NCBI GenBank assembly: GCA_965198005.1
Contig: CBDAOI010000004.1
Coordinates: 2,336,001-2,400,000, forward strand
Source of the DNA: Spirochaetia bacterium
Lineage (GTDB): Bacteria > Spirochaetota > Spirochaetia > SZUA-6 > Bin103
Direction: 5' to 3'
Length of the DNA stretch: 64,000 nt
Below, one piece after another: positions 1-11,291 of this stretch. The first letter of the stretch is position 1. Each line of letters opens with the position of its first letter. Position numbers and translations under genes: made by a program. The notes under the pieces were generated by a model. That model had not been told where the DNA came from. It did not search any database and saw nothing but the letters and a program-made list of their open reading frames with translations.

Positions 1-127
1 GAGGCCCACGGCGGTGTCGGCGATGGTCACCGCCAGCCGGTCACTGCGCTGGCTGTCATCATGGCGCTTCATCGGCATCCGTCGAACCGTGAGCTGGTAG
101 TATGGGGCCCGGCCCAAGAAACGTCAA
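1..127 (-). promoter_or_regulatory. SBP-leader element, promoter-proximal part (runs off the window start)
   Basis: TTGACG(122-127)-17-CATACT(99-104) on the minus strand, then MKRHDDSQRSDRLAVT; closely similar to 14905-15035. Confidence 0.6.
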
Positions 128-190
128 CAGCGATTTTGGCCTCGTGCACCTTGCCACGCCCGGCTGTGCAAACGGTTGATGTTGCGCGCG

Positions 191-1948
191 TCACCGCCGC
201 ACGGCATCGCAGAACACCATCTCCCAGCCGTGAAACACCACGATCAGGCCGATGAAACGTACCCCCGGAAACTGCCGCGCCAGCCGCTCCTCCGCCAGAT
301 ACCGCTCGAGCTGCGCCGCCGCCTCTCCGGCCGCCGCCGCCACGGCGGCCTCGTCCGCCGACTCGCTGCGCTTCAGGTACTTGAGCTCGATCAGATAGCC
401 GCGCTGCAGGTTCGGGTAGCGCGCCACCAGCGGTTCCAGGCAGATGTCCGCGTGGCCCTTCCCCAGCTCCGCCTCCGAGCGGAACACGTAATGATCGGCC
501 ACGCTCAGATAGGCGGCGAGGAACCCCTGAATGACTTTCTCCCCGCTGATGTAGTCGCGGATCCCCGTCTGCCGCGCGATCGCCTCGCTCAGAAACTCGA
601 ACGCCGGCCGCCACTCGCCTTCGGTGGCCATCCGCAGCATCAGTTGCTCGAACCGGAACAGGTTTACTGAAAACACCTCCACGTCGCGGTAGCCATCGCG
701 CAGGAAGCCGTACATCAGCCGCTTCACGGTCTGGTTCGGAATCGCCAGCCGGGGCACCCGCTCCACCACGTCGCGGATGCTCAGTAACCCAAAAAAGTGC
801 AGCAGCGAGAGAAAGTTCTCCGGCTTGGTGAGGTCCTTCAGCGGAAAGCCGGGCTGGATGCGGGTGTCCACCTGCTCCTCGCCAATCACGTCCCGCAGCA
901 GGTCGAAGTTGCCGTTGAGCTGCCGGCCGGTCACCAGCAGGTGGCGCAGCTTGCCGTAGTCGATGCGCACGTTGGTGTCGATCAGGTAGGTCGGCACGTC
1001 TCGATTCGGAATGGAATGCTTCAGGTAGTAGAGCACCATGTCGGTGTTGTACAGATCGGTCTCGGCTTCCTCGGAGAAGCGGTAGCCGTTGTACCACTGG
1101 CCCATGATGCCCATGGCGGTCCCGACCTCCTGATTGAACACGCCCAGGCCGCGGTAGGTCTCGACCAGGTGCCGGACCTCCGACTCGGTGAAGCCGACCA
1201 TCTCGTTGAAGTCCTGCTCCAGGCTGATGTTGGTGCCGATGTTGAAGCCGCTGGTCACGTCGTCCATGGTGACCGGCGACACGCCGGTGATGAACAGCCG
1301 CTCAAGACCGCCGCCGCTGCGGTCCGCGCCGCCCTTGAGGGTGGCGAAGAAGTTGCGATAGAAGCCGCCGCCATGGGTGAAGGAGTGGTAGGCCTCCGCG
1401 CCGTCGTACGCCAACACCGTGTTGGCGAAGTTGTCGTACTCGTCGATCAGCACGTACAGCGGGATGTCGTGGTCGCCGGCGTACACGAACAGCTCGGACA
1501 GCTTCCCGGCGATCGAGGGCGGCGCCAGGATGTCGCGCACCGCCGCTGCGGGAAACAGGTCGGGATGGCGCCGCAGCCTACCCCGCAGCTCGGTGAGGCA
1601 GTAGGTCTCGAACTCCCGCTCCAGGGTCTCCAGCTTGTCGTTGACCATCGAGAAGTTGAAGCGCAGGGTGACGTAGCGGCTTTGGTCCCCGGTCGGGTCC
1701 TGCCCGATGTCGGTGCCGGCGAAGGTGGCCTCGAAGCCGTCGGCCCAGAAGCGGTCGTAGTAGTTTTCGAGCAGGGAGATCCACAGCGACTTGCCGAAGC
1801 GGCGCGGGCGGATCAGAAAGGCGTAGCGCTCCTCCCCCAGCCGCCGCAGGAAGCGGGTCTTGTCGACGTACAGCCACCGGTTCAAGCGGATGCGCCTGAA
1901 GTCGGCCTCGCCGTAGGGAATGCGCGGGTGGGCGGGTGGCGTGCTCAC
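191..1948 (-). CDS. AAA-ATPase-like protein with C-terminal PD-(D/E)XK nuclease domain
   Basis: IPYG.ADF..IR, YVDKT, RPRRFGKS, LIDEYD, FITGV, C-terminal G.ADI...LIELK; 585 aa, intact. Confidence 0.9.
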   Translation of the reverse strand: MSTPPAHPRIPYGEADFRRIRLNRWLYVDKTRFLRRLGEERYAFLIRPRRFGKSLWISLLENYYDRFWADGFEATFAGTDIGQDPTGDQSRYVTLRFNFSMVNDKLETLEREFETYCLTELRGRLRRHPDLFPAAAVRDILAPPSIAGKLSELFVYAGDHDIPLYVLIDEYDNFANTVLAYDGAEAYHSFTHGGGFYRNFFATLKGGADRSGGGLERLFITGVSPVTMDDVTSGFNIGTNISLEQDFNEMVGFTESEVRHLVETYRGLGVFNQEVGTAMGIMGQWYNGYRFSEEAETDLYNTDMVLYYLKHSIPNRDVPTYLIDTNVRIDYGKLRHLLVTGRQLNGNFDLLRDVIGEEQVDTRIQPGFPLKDLTKPENFLSLLHFFGLLSIRDVVERVPRLAIPNQTVKRLMYGFLRDGYRDVEVFSVNLFRFEQLMLRMATEGEWRPAFEFLSEAIARQTGIRDYISGEKVIQGFLAAYLSVADHYVFRSEAELGKGHADICLEPLVARYPNLQRGYLIELKYLKRSESADEAAVAAAAGEAAAQLERYLAEERLARQFPGVRFIGLIVVFHGWEMVFCDAVRR

Positions 1949-2369
1949 GACCGTAGCCTGACTCTATCGCTTCCGAGACGCGCGAGGCAATCGACTGACG
2001 ATCGGGATCCGCTTCCCGTTCTCGTCGGTGACGAACACCGGCTGGACGCGTCTTGCACGGCTTCCACCTTGAGAGGCGGTGGGAGTGCTGGGACGTGTCG
2101 TCTCGCATCACCGTGCCCATGAGAATGTTCAACAGGTGGGGACGCGAACCTGACGCGAACCTCAAGCTGACGCGCGCGAGGTTGCCCGGCTGGAGGGGGT
2201 GGGAGCGACAAGGCGCTGCTCCAGGGCCGTCATTCGCCGGTAATTGGCGCTCCAGTCTGCCGCGGCGCGTCCCCTCTGTGTTGAACGTGCGCACGGTCAC
2301 CATGGGCGCATTGTCGCAGAACAATAGACGCGGCTGTCATCCGCGGGTCAACACCCGATTACGCTACGC

Positions 2370-2807
2370 TCACTTCTTCGGCGCTCCGTAGCGCCCGCCA
2401 CCGCCGCGCAGCCGGGGGTCGAGCAGATCGGCATCGACAAACCGCTGCACCGCCAGGTCCACTTTGCCCCCCAGGAATCCGGAGGTGCCGCCAATCAGGA
2501 CGGCGACGATCACATTGAGTGCAGTTGCTGCCAGACCGACGGTCAGGGAGATCTGGGCTCCATAGAGAATGCGGCTCAACAGGTCTCGCCCCAGGTGGTC
2601 GGTCCCCAGGAGATACCGGGCAGACGGGGCCTGCATGATGTGTGCCAGGTGTATTTCCGAATAGGGATAAGGAGTCAGACGGTCGGCAAAGATCGCGACG
2701 AGAATCAAGATCAGGACGAGAATCCCGCAGCCCGTGCCCAAGGGCTTCTCCTGCCACAGCCGGATGAAGAAATCAGCCAGCCAGCCCCGTCGCCTGGGTT
2801 CACCCAT
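2370..2807 (-). pseudogene. OppC/DppC-like permease with a large in-frame internal deletion
   Basis: LGTDHLGRD...QRFVDA joined directly to DLLDPRLRG; about 150 codons present in paralog 6412-7302 are missing. Confidence 0.85.
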
Positions 2808-3756
2808 ACCTAACCCTCGGGTCCAAATAGGGATAGATCAGGTCGATGAGGAGATTGAGCAGCACCACCCCGGTGGCAAAGAACAGGTTGGCTCCCTGGA
2901 CCACCGGGTAGTCACGGCTCTGCAGGGCATCGAGCATGAGACGGCCGAGTCCCGGCAGGGCAAAGATGTTCTCCATGATCACGGCGCCCCCGACCAGGAT
3001 CGGCAACTGCAGGCCAATCAGGGTCACCACCGGGATGAGGGCATTCTTGAGGGTATGCCGGACAATCACGACCCGCTCTTTGAGCCCCTTGGACCAGGCG
3101 GTGCGGATGTAGTCCTGCCGCAGCACCTCCAGCGTCATGGTGCGCATCATCCGCATGGTGGCAGCCGCGGAAGCCGTCCCCAGAATCAGGCTGGGGATCA
3201 AGAACCCGCCGAGATTTCCCAGCGGGTCTTCGGTGAAAGGAATGTATTCCAGCGGTGGGGTCCAGCCCCACCAGATGGTCGGATAGATCAATACCATGAT
3301 GGCCAGCCAGAAGTTCGGCGTGGCCAGGCCGATGATGGCGACCGAGCGTCCCAGGTAGTCGGCGGCGGTATCCTGGCGCATCGCCGAGTAGATGCCCACC
3401 GGCAGCGCGATCACGAGCCCGATGAGGATGGCCAGCAGGCCAAGCTCAATGGTGACTGGCAATCTGGAGAGTATCTCCTCCTCTACCGTCCAGTCGCGCC
3501 ACAGGGACTGGCCCAGGGTGCCGTGTAGGAAGATCTCCCCGATCCAGCGTCCATACTGCACGTACACAGGCACGTCCAATCCCAGCCGATGCTCGAGCGT
3601 TTCACGGTCTATCTCGACCCCGAAAGATCGCAGCTGAGCCGACATGGCGTCTATGACGTCGCCGGGGATGAAGCGGACCGTGAGAAAGACCAGGAGGCTC
3701 AGGAGAAACAGGGTGGGGATGACCAGCAACAAACGCCTGATGATATACGGTCTCAC
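2800..3756 (-). CDS. OppB/DppB-like ABC permease
   Basis: PGD, QDYIRTAWSKGL, ENIFALPGLG, RDYPVVQG, LDPRVRY motifs. Confidence 0.92.
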   Translation of the reverse strand: MRPYIIRRLLLVIPTLFLLSLLVFLTVRFIPGDVIDAMSAQLRSFGVEIDRETLEHRLGLDVPVYVQYGRWIGEIFLHGTLGQSLWRDWTVEEEILSRLPVTIELGLLAILIGLVIALPVGIYSAMRQDTAADYLGRSVAIIGLATPNFWLAIMVLIYPTIWWGWTPPLEYIPFTEDPLGNLGGFLIPSLILGTASAAATMRMMRTMTLEVLRQDYIRTAWSKGLKERVVIVRHTLKNALIPVVTLIGLQLPILVGGAVIMENIFALPGLGRLMLDALQSRDYPVVQGANLFFATGVVLLNLLIDLIYPYLDPRVRYG

Positions 3757-3780
3757 TGGAACACCTTATTCAATGAGTGA

Positions 3781-3817
3781 GAGCTGGGAGCGCGCTCGGA
3801 AGCCGCGCTCCCAGCCC
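3781..3817 (-). repeat. REP-like hairpin between SBP and oppB (copy 1 of 5)
   Basis: GCTGGGAGCGCG..GCTTCCGAGCGCGCTCCCAGC; also about 8336-8375, 43569-43603, 51773-51808 and 59828-59869. Confidence 0.7.
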
Positions 3818-3823
3818 GTTTTT

Positions 3824-5345
3824 TCAGCCTCCCATCTCTTGCTTCAGATCACTATCAATCCAGATGCGGGCGAAGATGGCCGCTGCGCGAGCCAGTCCCA
3901 GTTCGACTTCGCCGTTATAACCTTTGATCCATGGCTGGGCTGCATTAAACAATGGAACTTTAGGACCCCATATGTACCACTGCTGCTCGATCATGTACAT
4001 ATCTGCCTCTCTAACCAGCCTCTTCTGCTCCTCAGGGGTAGTCGCGGTTTCGGCGGCTTCTACCTTGGCGTCCATCACAGGGTCCTGATGTCCATTGCGG
4101 TTCGCAGCATCTCTCGAGTGAATATGGACCAATAGGGGGAGGGGCGACGAGTCATATCCGAGATCCATAGAAATCATCCCTTCATAAGTACCTTCCGTCA
4201 TTAGCCCCGCCCACGGAGTTTCATCATGTACCTGAATCTCCACATCTACACCAATCGCTTTCCAGTATTCGACGGCTATTTCCTGATAGCCTACGTCGAA
4301 TCGCTGCAAGTGGTTCAGGACGGTCTTGAATCGAATGCCATCCGCGCCGCGCGGATACCCCGCCTCATCCAGCAGCTTCTCCGCCCCTTGCGGGTCATAC
4401 CGATAGCCTTGCTTGACCGCCTCGGGCCATTCTTCAAAGGGGACATAAAACCCCGTCAGACTATCCCCGATTCTCCCCTGGGGTTGCCACTTGGCAAAAC
4501 CCTTATAGTAGGTATTGTTGATGGTCTCCAGGTCAATGGCCATCTGCATGGCTTTGCGCACCCGGATGTCGTTGAAGAGCGACTGGTTGCGCAGGTTGAA
4601 ACCAACAGAGGTCTCCGAGCGGAAGTACCACGGGTACAACGTGATCTCGGGGTTGCTCCGTTGGAGGCTCTCTACCTGGCCGATATCCCCCAATTGAGTG
4701 TCGCCGGCTAAACCTGTGATATCATGCTTACCTGAGCGAAACGCCGCCAGCCATGTCGCTTGTTCGGGCATGATCACTCGCCTCAGCTGGTCAATATAGG
4801 GCAAGCGGTTCTGTGGGTATTTTTCGTCGGTGCCCCAGTAGTCCGGATTCTTGGTATAGGTCAGAGAGCTGCCCTTGACCCAGTCCGTCAGCATATAGGG
4901 CCCGGTGCCGACCAGGTTCCTCCAATCGTGCACGTTGCCATGCTGCTCGATCACCTCGGGGGGCATAATGAAATGAAACCAGTGGGAGACGATCGTCTCA
5001 AGCGCGTCGTTGCGTGGCGCCTTCAGCTTGAAAACAACCGTGGAATCGTCGATGGCCGTAATCGATTCCCAGGTCGCGGCATTCATCGGGTCGAAGGGGC
5101 TAGGTTCGGTGAAGCCGCTGCCCAGACCCGTATAGCGGTTAAAGTTATATTCTACATCCTGGGCGGTCAGCTCCCGACCGTTCATCGGCGGCTTATTATG
5201 CCAGCGAACGCCCGGGCGGATGTTGATAACGATCGTAGTGGCGTCAGGCGTTTCCCAGCTTTCCGCCAGATTCGGTCTCATGGCAGAAAACGGGACGTAC
5301 CTGCTTCCGAAGCCAAATTCATCCCTGTCTATTCCCCAGTTGCCG
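3824..5345 (-). pseudogene. Family-5 ABC substrate-binding protein, 5'-truncated (signal peptide lost)
   Basis: Frame starts at GNWGIDRD, directly abutting leader sequence; remainder intact (WHNKPPMNGRELTA, VGTGPY, DIRVRKA). Confidence 0.85.
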
Positions 5346-5579
5346 ACTTTCTAATCTCTAAAGGGTACAGGAGGGGGTAGCAGGGCGCACCGGCTGCGTC
5401 ACCGCTCGGGGCTTGACGGCATCACCGGCGAGGTTCGAGCCTATCGGTGGGATGGGCCACCCGCTGCACGACCCTGCGGGGCGGCGCCTCGGGCGTCGGT
5501 CTTGGCCCAACCGGTGGCAGCGCTGGGTAGTGTCGTCACGCACCATCCGCAGGGTAACACCCGCGTGGCATACAGTCAA
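5346..5579 (-). promoter_or_regulatory. SBP-leader remnant: promoter, uORF1 and poly-C motif
   Basis: TTGACT-17-TACCCT; MVRDDTTQRCHRL...TQPVRPATPSCTL*; homologous to 10600-10863. Confidence 0.65.
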
Positions 5580-5662
5580 ATGGCTGGAATTCCCCATTCG
5601 TCCGAGTCTCAAGTCGTCACTACACCACAGCGCTCGACACCGGTCAAGGACGCCATACGGCG

Positions 5663-6316
5663 TTAACCCGCCGCCACAGTTCGACGCCCAAACGTGCGCG
5701 GCCGGAAGTCCTTCCGGTTGGTGATGCTGGCGCTGCTACCGGTGGCCCGGATTACGTACAGCCCCTGCCCCTCCGCATAGCTAGCCGACGATTCGTCCGC
5801 TTTCAGATACGCTACCGCTCCGTAGATCCGCTGGCTGCCATATTCCGGCGCCAGCTCCGGGAAGTCCCGTAACAGTTCCAGCAGGTGGTCGACGTGCCGC
5901 ACCTTCAGCGTGGTCTTTACTTCCACCACCACCACCTCGGCACCGTTGACGGCGAGAATGTCGATCTCCCACTGGCGCGCGCCCCCGCGCTGCTTCAGGT
6001 TGGTAACCGTGCGCTCGACTTCGATGCCGCGCCGTTTGAGCAGTTCGATGAGATCGCCCTCCACCAAGGCTTCCATCAGTTTGCCCCACTGACCGGTGAA
6101 CAGGTCATCGAGCTTGCGTATGCGGCGGTCGGTCTCCCGCGCTTGTCGCTTCAGCAGTTGATCAGTCTCCTGCATGCGGCGGTCAGTGTCCTGCATGCGG
6201 CGGTCGGTCTCCTGCATGCGGCGGTCAGTCTCTGTCTGGCTCTCGGACAGCTCGCGCAGGATATTCCATACTTCCTGTGGGGTTGCCGATTCTCGGTTCC
6301 CATCGTGATCAGCCAT
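5663..6316 (-). CDS. Coiled-coil heptad-repeat protein with PD-(D/E)XK-like C-terminus (DUF3782-like)
   Basis: ETDRRMQ repeats, WGKLMEALVE, EIDILA...VEVKT. Confidence 0.8.
   Translation of the reverse strand: MADHDGNRESATPQEVWNILRELSESQTETDRRMQETDRRMQDTDRRMQETDQLLKRQARETDRRIRKLDDLFTGQWGKLMEALVEGDLIELLKRRGIEVERTVTNLKQRGGARQWEIDILAVNGAEVVVVEVKTTLKVRHVDHLLELLRDFPELAPEYGSQRIYGAVAYLKADESSASYAEGQGLYVIRATGSSASITNRKDFRPRTFGRRTVAAG
6162..6232. repeat. 21-bp coding tandem repeat (about 3.4 units)
   Basis: TC[AG]GT[CG]TCCTGCATGCGGCGG units. Confidence 0.9.
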
Positions 6317-6411
6317 GGCTACGCTTCCGCGATCAACTTAGCAGTTCCGGTGCAGACCGGCAATTGCCCGCAGGGAGCACCCGGGTGCCGCCGCACTGCC
6401 GGGCTCGACCC

Positions 6412-7302
6412 TTACGCGGCGTCGCCGGCGCCGAGACGGCCGCCGCTGCCGCGCAGGCGCGGGTCGAGCAAATCGCGCATCGCATCGCCCAACATGTTGA
6501 AACTGTACACCACGATCGTCAGACACAGCCCGGGCCACAGCGCCAGCCACGGCGCCTGCTCCATGAACCGCCGCCCCTCCCGGCTCAGCATGCCGCCCCA
6601 GCTCGGAACCTTGATCGGCAGCCCGAAGCCCAGGAAGCTCAACGACGCCTCGGCCAGAATGACGCCGCCGACGTTGATGCTGAAGACGATGATCAGCGGC
6701 GCCACGATATTGGGCAGGACATGGCGCACCAGGACCTGTCGCGTCGGCGCGCCCACCGCCCGGGCGGCCAGAAAAAAATCGTTCCCCTTGGTGGCCACCA
6801 CCGCGCCTCTGACCACGCGCGAGCCGCCCACCCCGCCGGCGATCCCCAGCACCACGATGATCTGCGGCAGACCCTGCCCTGCGACCGACATGATCGTGAG
6901 CAGCAGCAGCAGACCCGGGAACGCCATCCAGGCATCGACGAAGCGCTGCACCGCCAGGTCCAGCTTGCCCCCGAGGAATCCGGACGTGCCGCCGATCAGG
7001 GTAGCGACCACCACGTTCAGCGTCGTCGCCGCCAGGCCAACGACCAACGAAATGCGCGCCCCGAACAGCAGCCGGCTCAACAGGTCGCGGCCCAACTGGT
7101 CGGTCCCCAGCAGATGGCGGGCCGACGGGCCCTGCAGCCGGTCCGCCAGGTTCAGCTGATCGAACGGATAGGGGGCCAAAGCATCGGCAAAGATCGCCAA
7201 CAGAATCAGGATCAAGATGACGATCCCGCTGGCGATGCCCAGCGGCTTCTGCCGCCACAACCTGCCGAAGAAATCGGCAAACGGCCCGCGCGCGTCAGTC
7301 AT
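6412..7302 (-). CDS. OppC/DppC-like ABC permease
   Basis: LGTDQLGRD, HVLPN, EASLSFLG, PSWG, GDAMRDLLDP. Confidence 0.92.
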   Translation of the reverse strand: MTDARGPFADFFGRLWRQKPLGIASGIVILILILLAIFADALAPYPFDQLNLADRLQGPSARHLLGTDQLGRDLLSRLLFGARISLVVGLAATTLNVVVATLIGGTSGFLGGKLDLAVQRFVDAWMAFPGLLLLLTIMSVAGQGLPQIIVVLGIAGGVGGSRVVRGAVVATKGNDFFLAARAVGAPTRQVLVRHVLPNIVAPLIIVFSINVGGVILAEASLSFLGFGLPIKVPSWGGMLSREGRRFMEQAPWLALWPGLCLTIVVYSFNMLGDAMRDLLDPRLRGSGGRLGAGDAA

Positions 7303-8254
7303 ACCGCACCCTCGGATCCAGCCAGGAATAGAGCAGGTCGATCAGGAGATTGAACAGCACCACCGCCGCCGCGAAGGACAGGTTGACCCCGGAGACCACC
7401 GGGTAGTCTCGATCCTCCAGCGCAGTCAGCATGAGACGACCCAATCCCGGCAGGTTGAAGATGTTCTCCATGATGACCGAGCCACCTATCAGAATCGGCA
7501 ACTGCAGACCGATCAGGGTCACCACCGGGATCAGGGCATTCTTGACAGCATGCCGCAGCACCACGACCCGCTCCCGGAGCCCCTTGGCCCAGGCCGTCCT
7601 GATAAAATCCTGGCGCAGCACCTCCAGCATCATGGTGCGCGTCATGCGCATGGTGGCGGCGGCCAGAGCCGTGCCCAGAATCAGGCTGGGGAGGATGAAC
7701 ACCCCCAGATTCCCGAGCGGGTCTTCGCTGAAAGGAACCCAATTCATCGGCGGCGACCACGCCCACCAGAGTGACGGGTACAGCACGACCATGGTTGCCA
7801 GCCAGAAGTTGGGCGTGGCCAGACCGAGGATGGCGACCGACCGCCCCACGTAGTCGGCGGCCGTATCCTGGCGCATCGCCGAGTAGATGCCGACCGGCAG
7901 CGCTATCACCAGCCCGATGAGAATTGCCAGCACACCGAGCTCGATGGTTACCGGCAGCCGGTCGATTATCTTCTCCTCCACCGCTCCACGGCTGCCAAAC
8001 AGTGAGTGGCCGAGGCTGCCGTGCTGGAGGATACCTCCGATCCAGCGTCCATACTGCACGTGGCCGGGCACGTCCAGACCGAGCATATGCTCAAGCGCTT
8101 CACGATCTATGTTCCCACTAATGAACTCCTGCTTACCCAACATCGCGTCGATGGCATCGCCGGGAAGGAAGCGCACCGAGAGAAAGACCAGGATGCTCAA
8201 GATGAACAGGGTCGGAACGATCAGCAGTAACCGCCGGATGACGTAGGCTTTCAT
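7295..8254 (-). CDS. OppB/DppB-like ABC permease
   Basis: Paralog of 2800-3756, intact. Confidence 0.92.
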   Translation of the reverse strand: MKAYVIRRLLLIVPTLFILSILVFLSVRFLPGDAIDAMLGKQEFISGNIDREALEHMLGLDVPGHVQYGRWIGGILQHGSLGHSLFGSRGAVEEKIIDRLPVTIELGVLAILIGLVIALPVGIYSAMRQDTAADYVGRSVAILGLATPNFWLATMVVLYPSLWWAWSPPMNWVPFSEDPLGNLGVFILPSLILGTALAAATMRMTRTMMLEVLRQDFIRTAWAKGLRERVVVLRHAVKNALIPVVTLIGLQLPILIGGSVIMENIFNLPGLGRLMLTALEDRDYPVVSGVNLSFAAAVVLFNLLIDLLYSWLDPRVRYD

Positions 8255-8383
8255 GACAGACTCGCAGTGGTTGCCTGGTCGCTGCCGCTCCCTGGCAACG
8301 GCGGCCTGGGGTGGTGGACGTGCTTGGCAGTCGAGTGCTGGGGAGCGCGCTCGGAAGCGACAGCCTCCCCAGCTCGAAACCCG

Positions 8384-10173
8384 CTAGTACCCCATTTCTT
8401 TCTTCAGCGCACTATCGATCCAGAGGCGGGCAAACAGGGTATTCGATTCCACCCTGGACAAGGCCCCGTCCAGTTCACCGTTATAGCCGACGAGCCATGG
8501 CTGGGCCAAATAGAATGAAGGGGATTTTGGACCATATATCAGCCAGTGCCGCGACATCGCGTACCTATCTGCCTCGGCAATCAGCCGCTGCTGCTCCTCA
8601 GTCGTACGGGCTCCATTGACGGCGTCAACCCTGACATCCAGCTCAGGCCACTGGGATCCGCCGCGGTTCCACTGGTGATCCGTGTGATAATTGTTTGCCA
8701 TATAGACAGGGTTGAATTGGTTGGCCGCAATACCGCTGTACATGCCTTCCCCAGTACGCGAGAACATCCTCTCGTGATATTCGGCGTAGGTAAGAGCATC
8801 AATCTCGACCTCGACGCCAATTTCCCCCCAGTAGGCGACAGCTATTTCCGAATAGTCCAGGCTTGCCCAAGACCCGTAGTTCAGGGTGGTCTTGAATCTC
8901 GCACCGTCGGCGCCGCGCGGATAGCCAGCCTCGTCGAGCAGCTTTTCGGCAGCTTCCGGGTCATACCGGTAGTATTGCTTGACCTCTTCGTCCCACTCCT
9001 CGAAGGGGACGAAGAACCCGTTCACCCCTACCAGCCCGTGAGGTGTCGGATCTGCAAGTCCCTTCCAGTACGTGGCCGCGACGTTCTCGTTGTCCAGCCC
9101 CATCTGCATGGCGCGGCGCACGTTGATGTCGTTAAAGGGCGGCCTGCGATGGTCAGGAACAAAAGAAGACACCGACCGAAAAAAGACAGTGTGCGCCGTG
9201 ATCTCGGGGTTTGTCTTCCGGAGGCTGTCTATCGAGTCCAGAGAACTGGCCCCCGATCTGAAATCAAGCGTGCCTGAGCGCAGTGCTGCCAGAATCGATC
9301 CTTCCTCGGTCATAATCGCAATCTTCACCTCGTCGACGTAGGGCAGGCGGTTCTCGGGGTACTTTTCGTCATGGCCCCAGTAGTCGGGATTCTTGATATA
9401 GGTCACGCTGCTGTCCTCGACCACGTCCGTCAGCATGAAGGGGCCGGTGCCGACCAGGTTCCTCCAGTCCTGAAGGTCGCCATGCTGCTCGATGACCTCG
9501 GGCGGCAATATGAAAGCAGAGATCTCGACGAGCACAATCCGCATCGTATCGAGGTATGGCTCCTTCAGCTTCATTACAACCGTCGCATCGTCGGTGGCCG
9601 TTATCGATTCCCATGGCACGGCGATGAGATCGGCGGCGTTGGGTGCGGCGCTCGGGCCGGCGTCGGCGAAGCCGCCCATACCCAGCATGCGGTGGAAGTT
9701 GAATACTATGTCGTGGGCAGTGAGCTCCCGACCGTTCATCGGCGCCTTATCATGCCAGTGAACGCCCTTGCGAATGTGGAAGATATAGGTCGTGGTGTCA
9801 GGCTGTTCCCAGCTCTCCGCCAGCCGCCCTATCATGAGAGACGTGGGGAAGTAGAGCGTTTTCAGCTCCGATACGTCTCTATCTACTCCCCAGTTCACGA
9901 TACCGAGCTTCTCGGTGACTCCGCCTCCTGGGTTGGCCACATAGTTGAAATAGGGGTCATGCGTATTGGCTGCGGAACCGGGGCCCCCCAAAACGGTTAG
10001 TGTCCCGCGTACTCCGGCGCGGTCACCATCTTGCCGGTGGCCGGGTCGCGCACCATCTCTTTCTCCATCGCCGCGGCCGGCTCCTCTTCGGCGGCCGGGC
10101 TTGCCCACAGGCCGGTTGCGGTCAGTGCGAGACCACACAGGACGGCGAGTGAGGTGCGAACTACGAAATACAT
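8384..10173 (-). pseudogene. Family-5 SBP with a single frameshift near 10010 (could be a read error)
   Basis: ATG at 10173 with GGAG SD gives MYFVVRTSLAVLCGLALTATGLWA...APEY; one G missing from the YGG codons; rest full length. Confidence 0.8.
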
Positions 10174-10863
10174 CAGATAACTCCTGTTGCTCGAGAGTAC
10201 TGATAATCGACTGCCGGCCCCTCGCCTACTCTCAAGCTATGCCCGCTTCAACGCCGGCGAGCACAAGCGAGGGCGACACCGTGGGTACCCAGGCGGCACG
10301 GCCGCTTGGGGACGAGTCCGTGAGCTAGCCATGGCTAGTCGTAGCCGGTCTTGGGTGCCATCCCATCCTCCTTTGACGTGCGCGCACCACCGGCCTCGGG
10401 ATCGCGCCGGGACCTGCGTCCCAGCGTCCACGCGGCTGGCGAGGCGAGTTGGATTGCCCGGCAACGCCGGGAGCGGAGTTGATGAACGGGTTGATGAGGC
10501 CTGGTGCGCCGGTCTCGGCGCTGAACGGACGCCCTGTAGGCGCCGGGTCGGTTAGCTGTGTTGGTGTTTCTCGGAGGTCCCGTGTACCAACGGTCCCGTG
10601 GGGGGGGGTACAGGGGGGGTAGGACGCGCCGGTTGCGTTGCCGCTAGGAGCTTGTCGGCTTCGCCGACGAGGTCCGAGCGTACCGGTGGGATGGGCCACC
10701 CGCTTCGCGGCCCTTCGGGGCGGCGCCTCGGGCGTCGGTCTGAGGCCACCAAGCGACGATGGGGCGCCAACCGGTGGCAGCGCTGAGTAGTGTCACTACG
10801 TGTCAGTTGCATCCTTTCAAACCCGTCGCGCTTACCATGGCACACCTGTGGCAAATACGTCAA
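10174..10863 (-). promoter_or_regulatory. Complete SBP leader (divergent micro-ORF variant)
   Basis: TTGACG-18-CATGGT, uORF1, C-rich CTACCCCCCCTGTACCCC, CAGCTAACCG, GGAGG + micro-ORF, GCTTGAGAGTA/TACTCTCGAGC stem. Confidence 0.7.
10335..10361 (-). CDS. Putative leader micro-peptide MAPKTGYD
   Basis: AAAGGAGG SD; same position as uORF2 in other leaders; stop lies inside the palindrome CTAGCCATGGCTAG. Confidence 0.45.
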   Translation of the reverse strand: MAPKTGYD

Positions 10864-11291
10864 TAGGGCGTGTAGGGCGTGGTGCCGTTTTGGTGCCGTG
10901 CCGGCGCGGCCGGCCCAGATCCGCGCCCCCCTTTCAGCAGTATCGCCGGCAGCCGCTGCAGTTGTTGCGAGCGAGGGTCCACCTCGAAACCGCCGGACTC
11001 CAGGGCGGTCACCCCAAGGAGCGGTTCCGCCTCCGCGTCTCCAAAGATGACCGTGCCGCCCACGGTCTTTCCCTCGAACTCGATCTGCGCAACCGTGGTG
11101 TCCATCGTGAGCGCCGTGCCGTCCGCGAGCACGTACTCATCATGAGACTTGGGCTCAAGACCAATCGCTTGCAGATGCCGGCGCGGCGCCAGCGAGTTGA
11201 AAGCGCCCGTATCCACCAGGAACCGTCCGGTCCAACTCTTCGCCGGTGCCGCGGGATTGCGGATCGTCACGTCCACGTACGTCGCTCCCAT
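10860..11291 (-). CDS. Clan AA (retropepsin-like) aspartic protease
   Basis: [29 protein letters not shown]. Confidence 0.85.
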   Translation of the reverse strand: MGATYVDVTIRNPAAPAKSWTGRFLVDTGAFNSLAPRRHLQAIGLEPKSHDEYVLADGTALTMDTTVAQIEFEGKTVGGTVIFGDAEAEPLLGVTALESGGFEVDPRSQQLQRLPAILLKGGRGSGPAAPARHQNGTTPYTPY

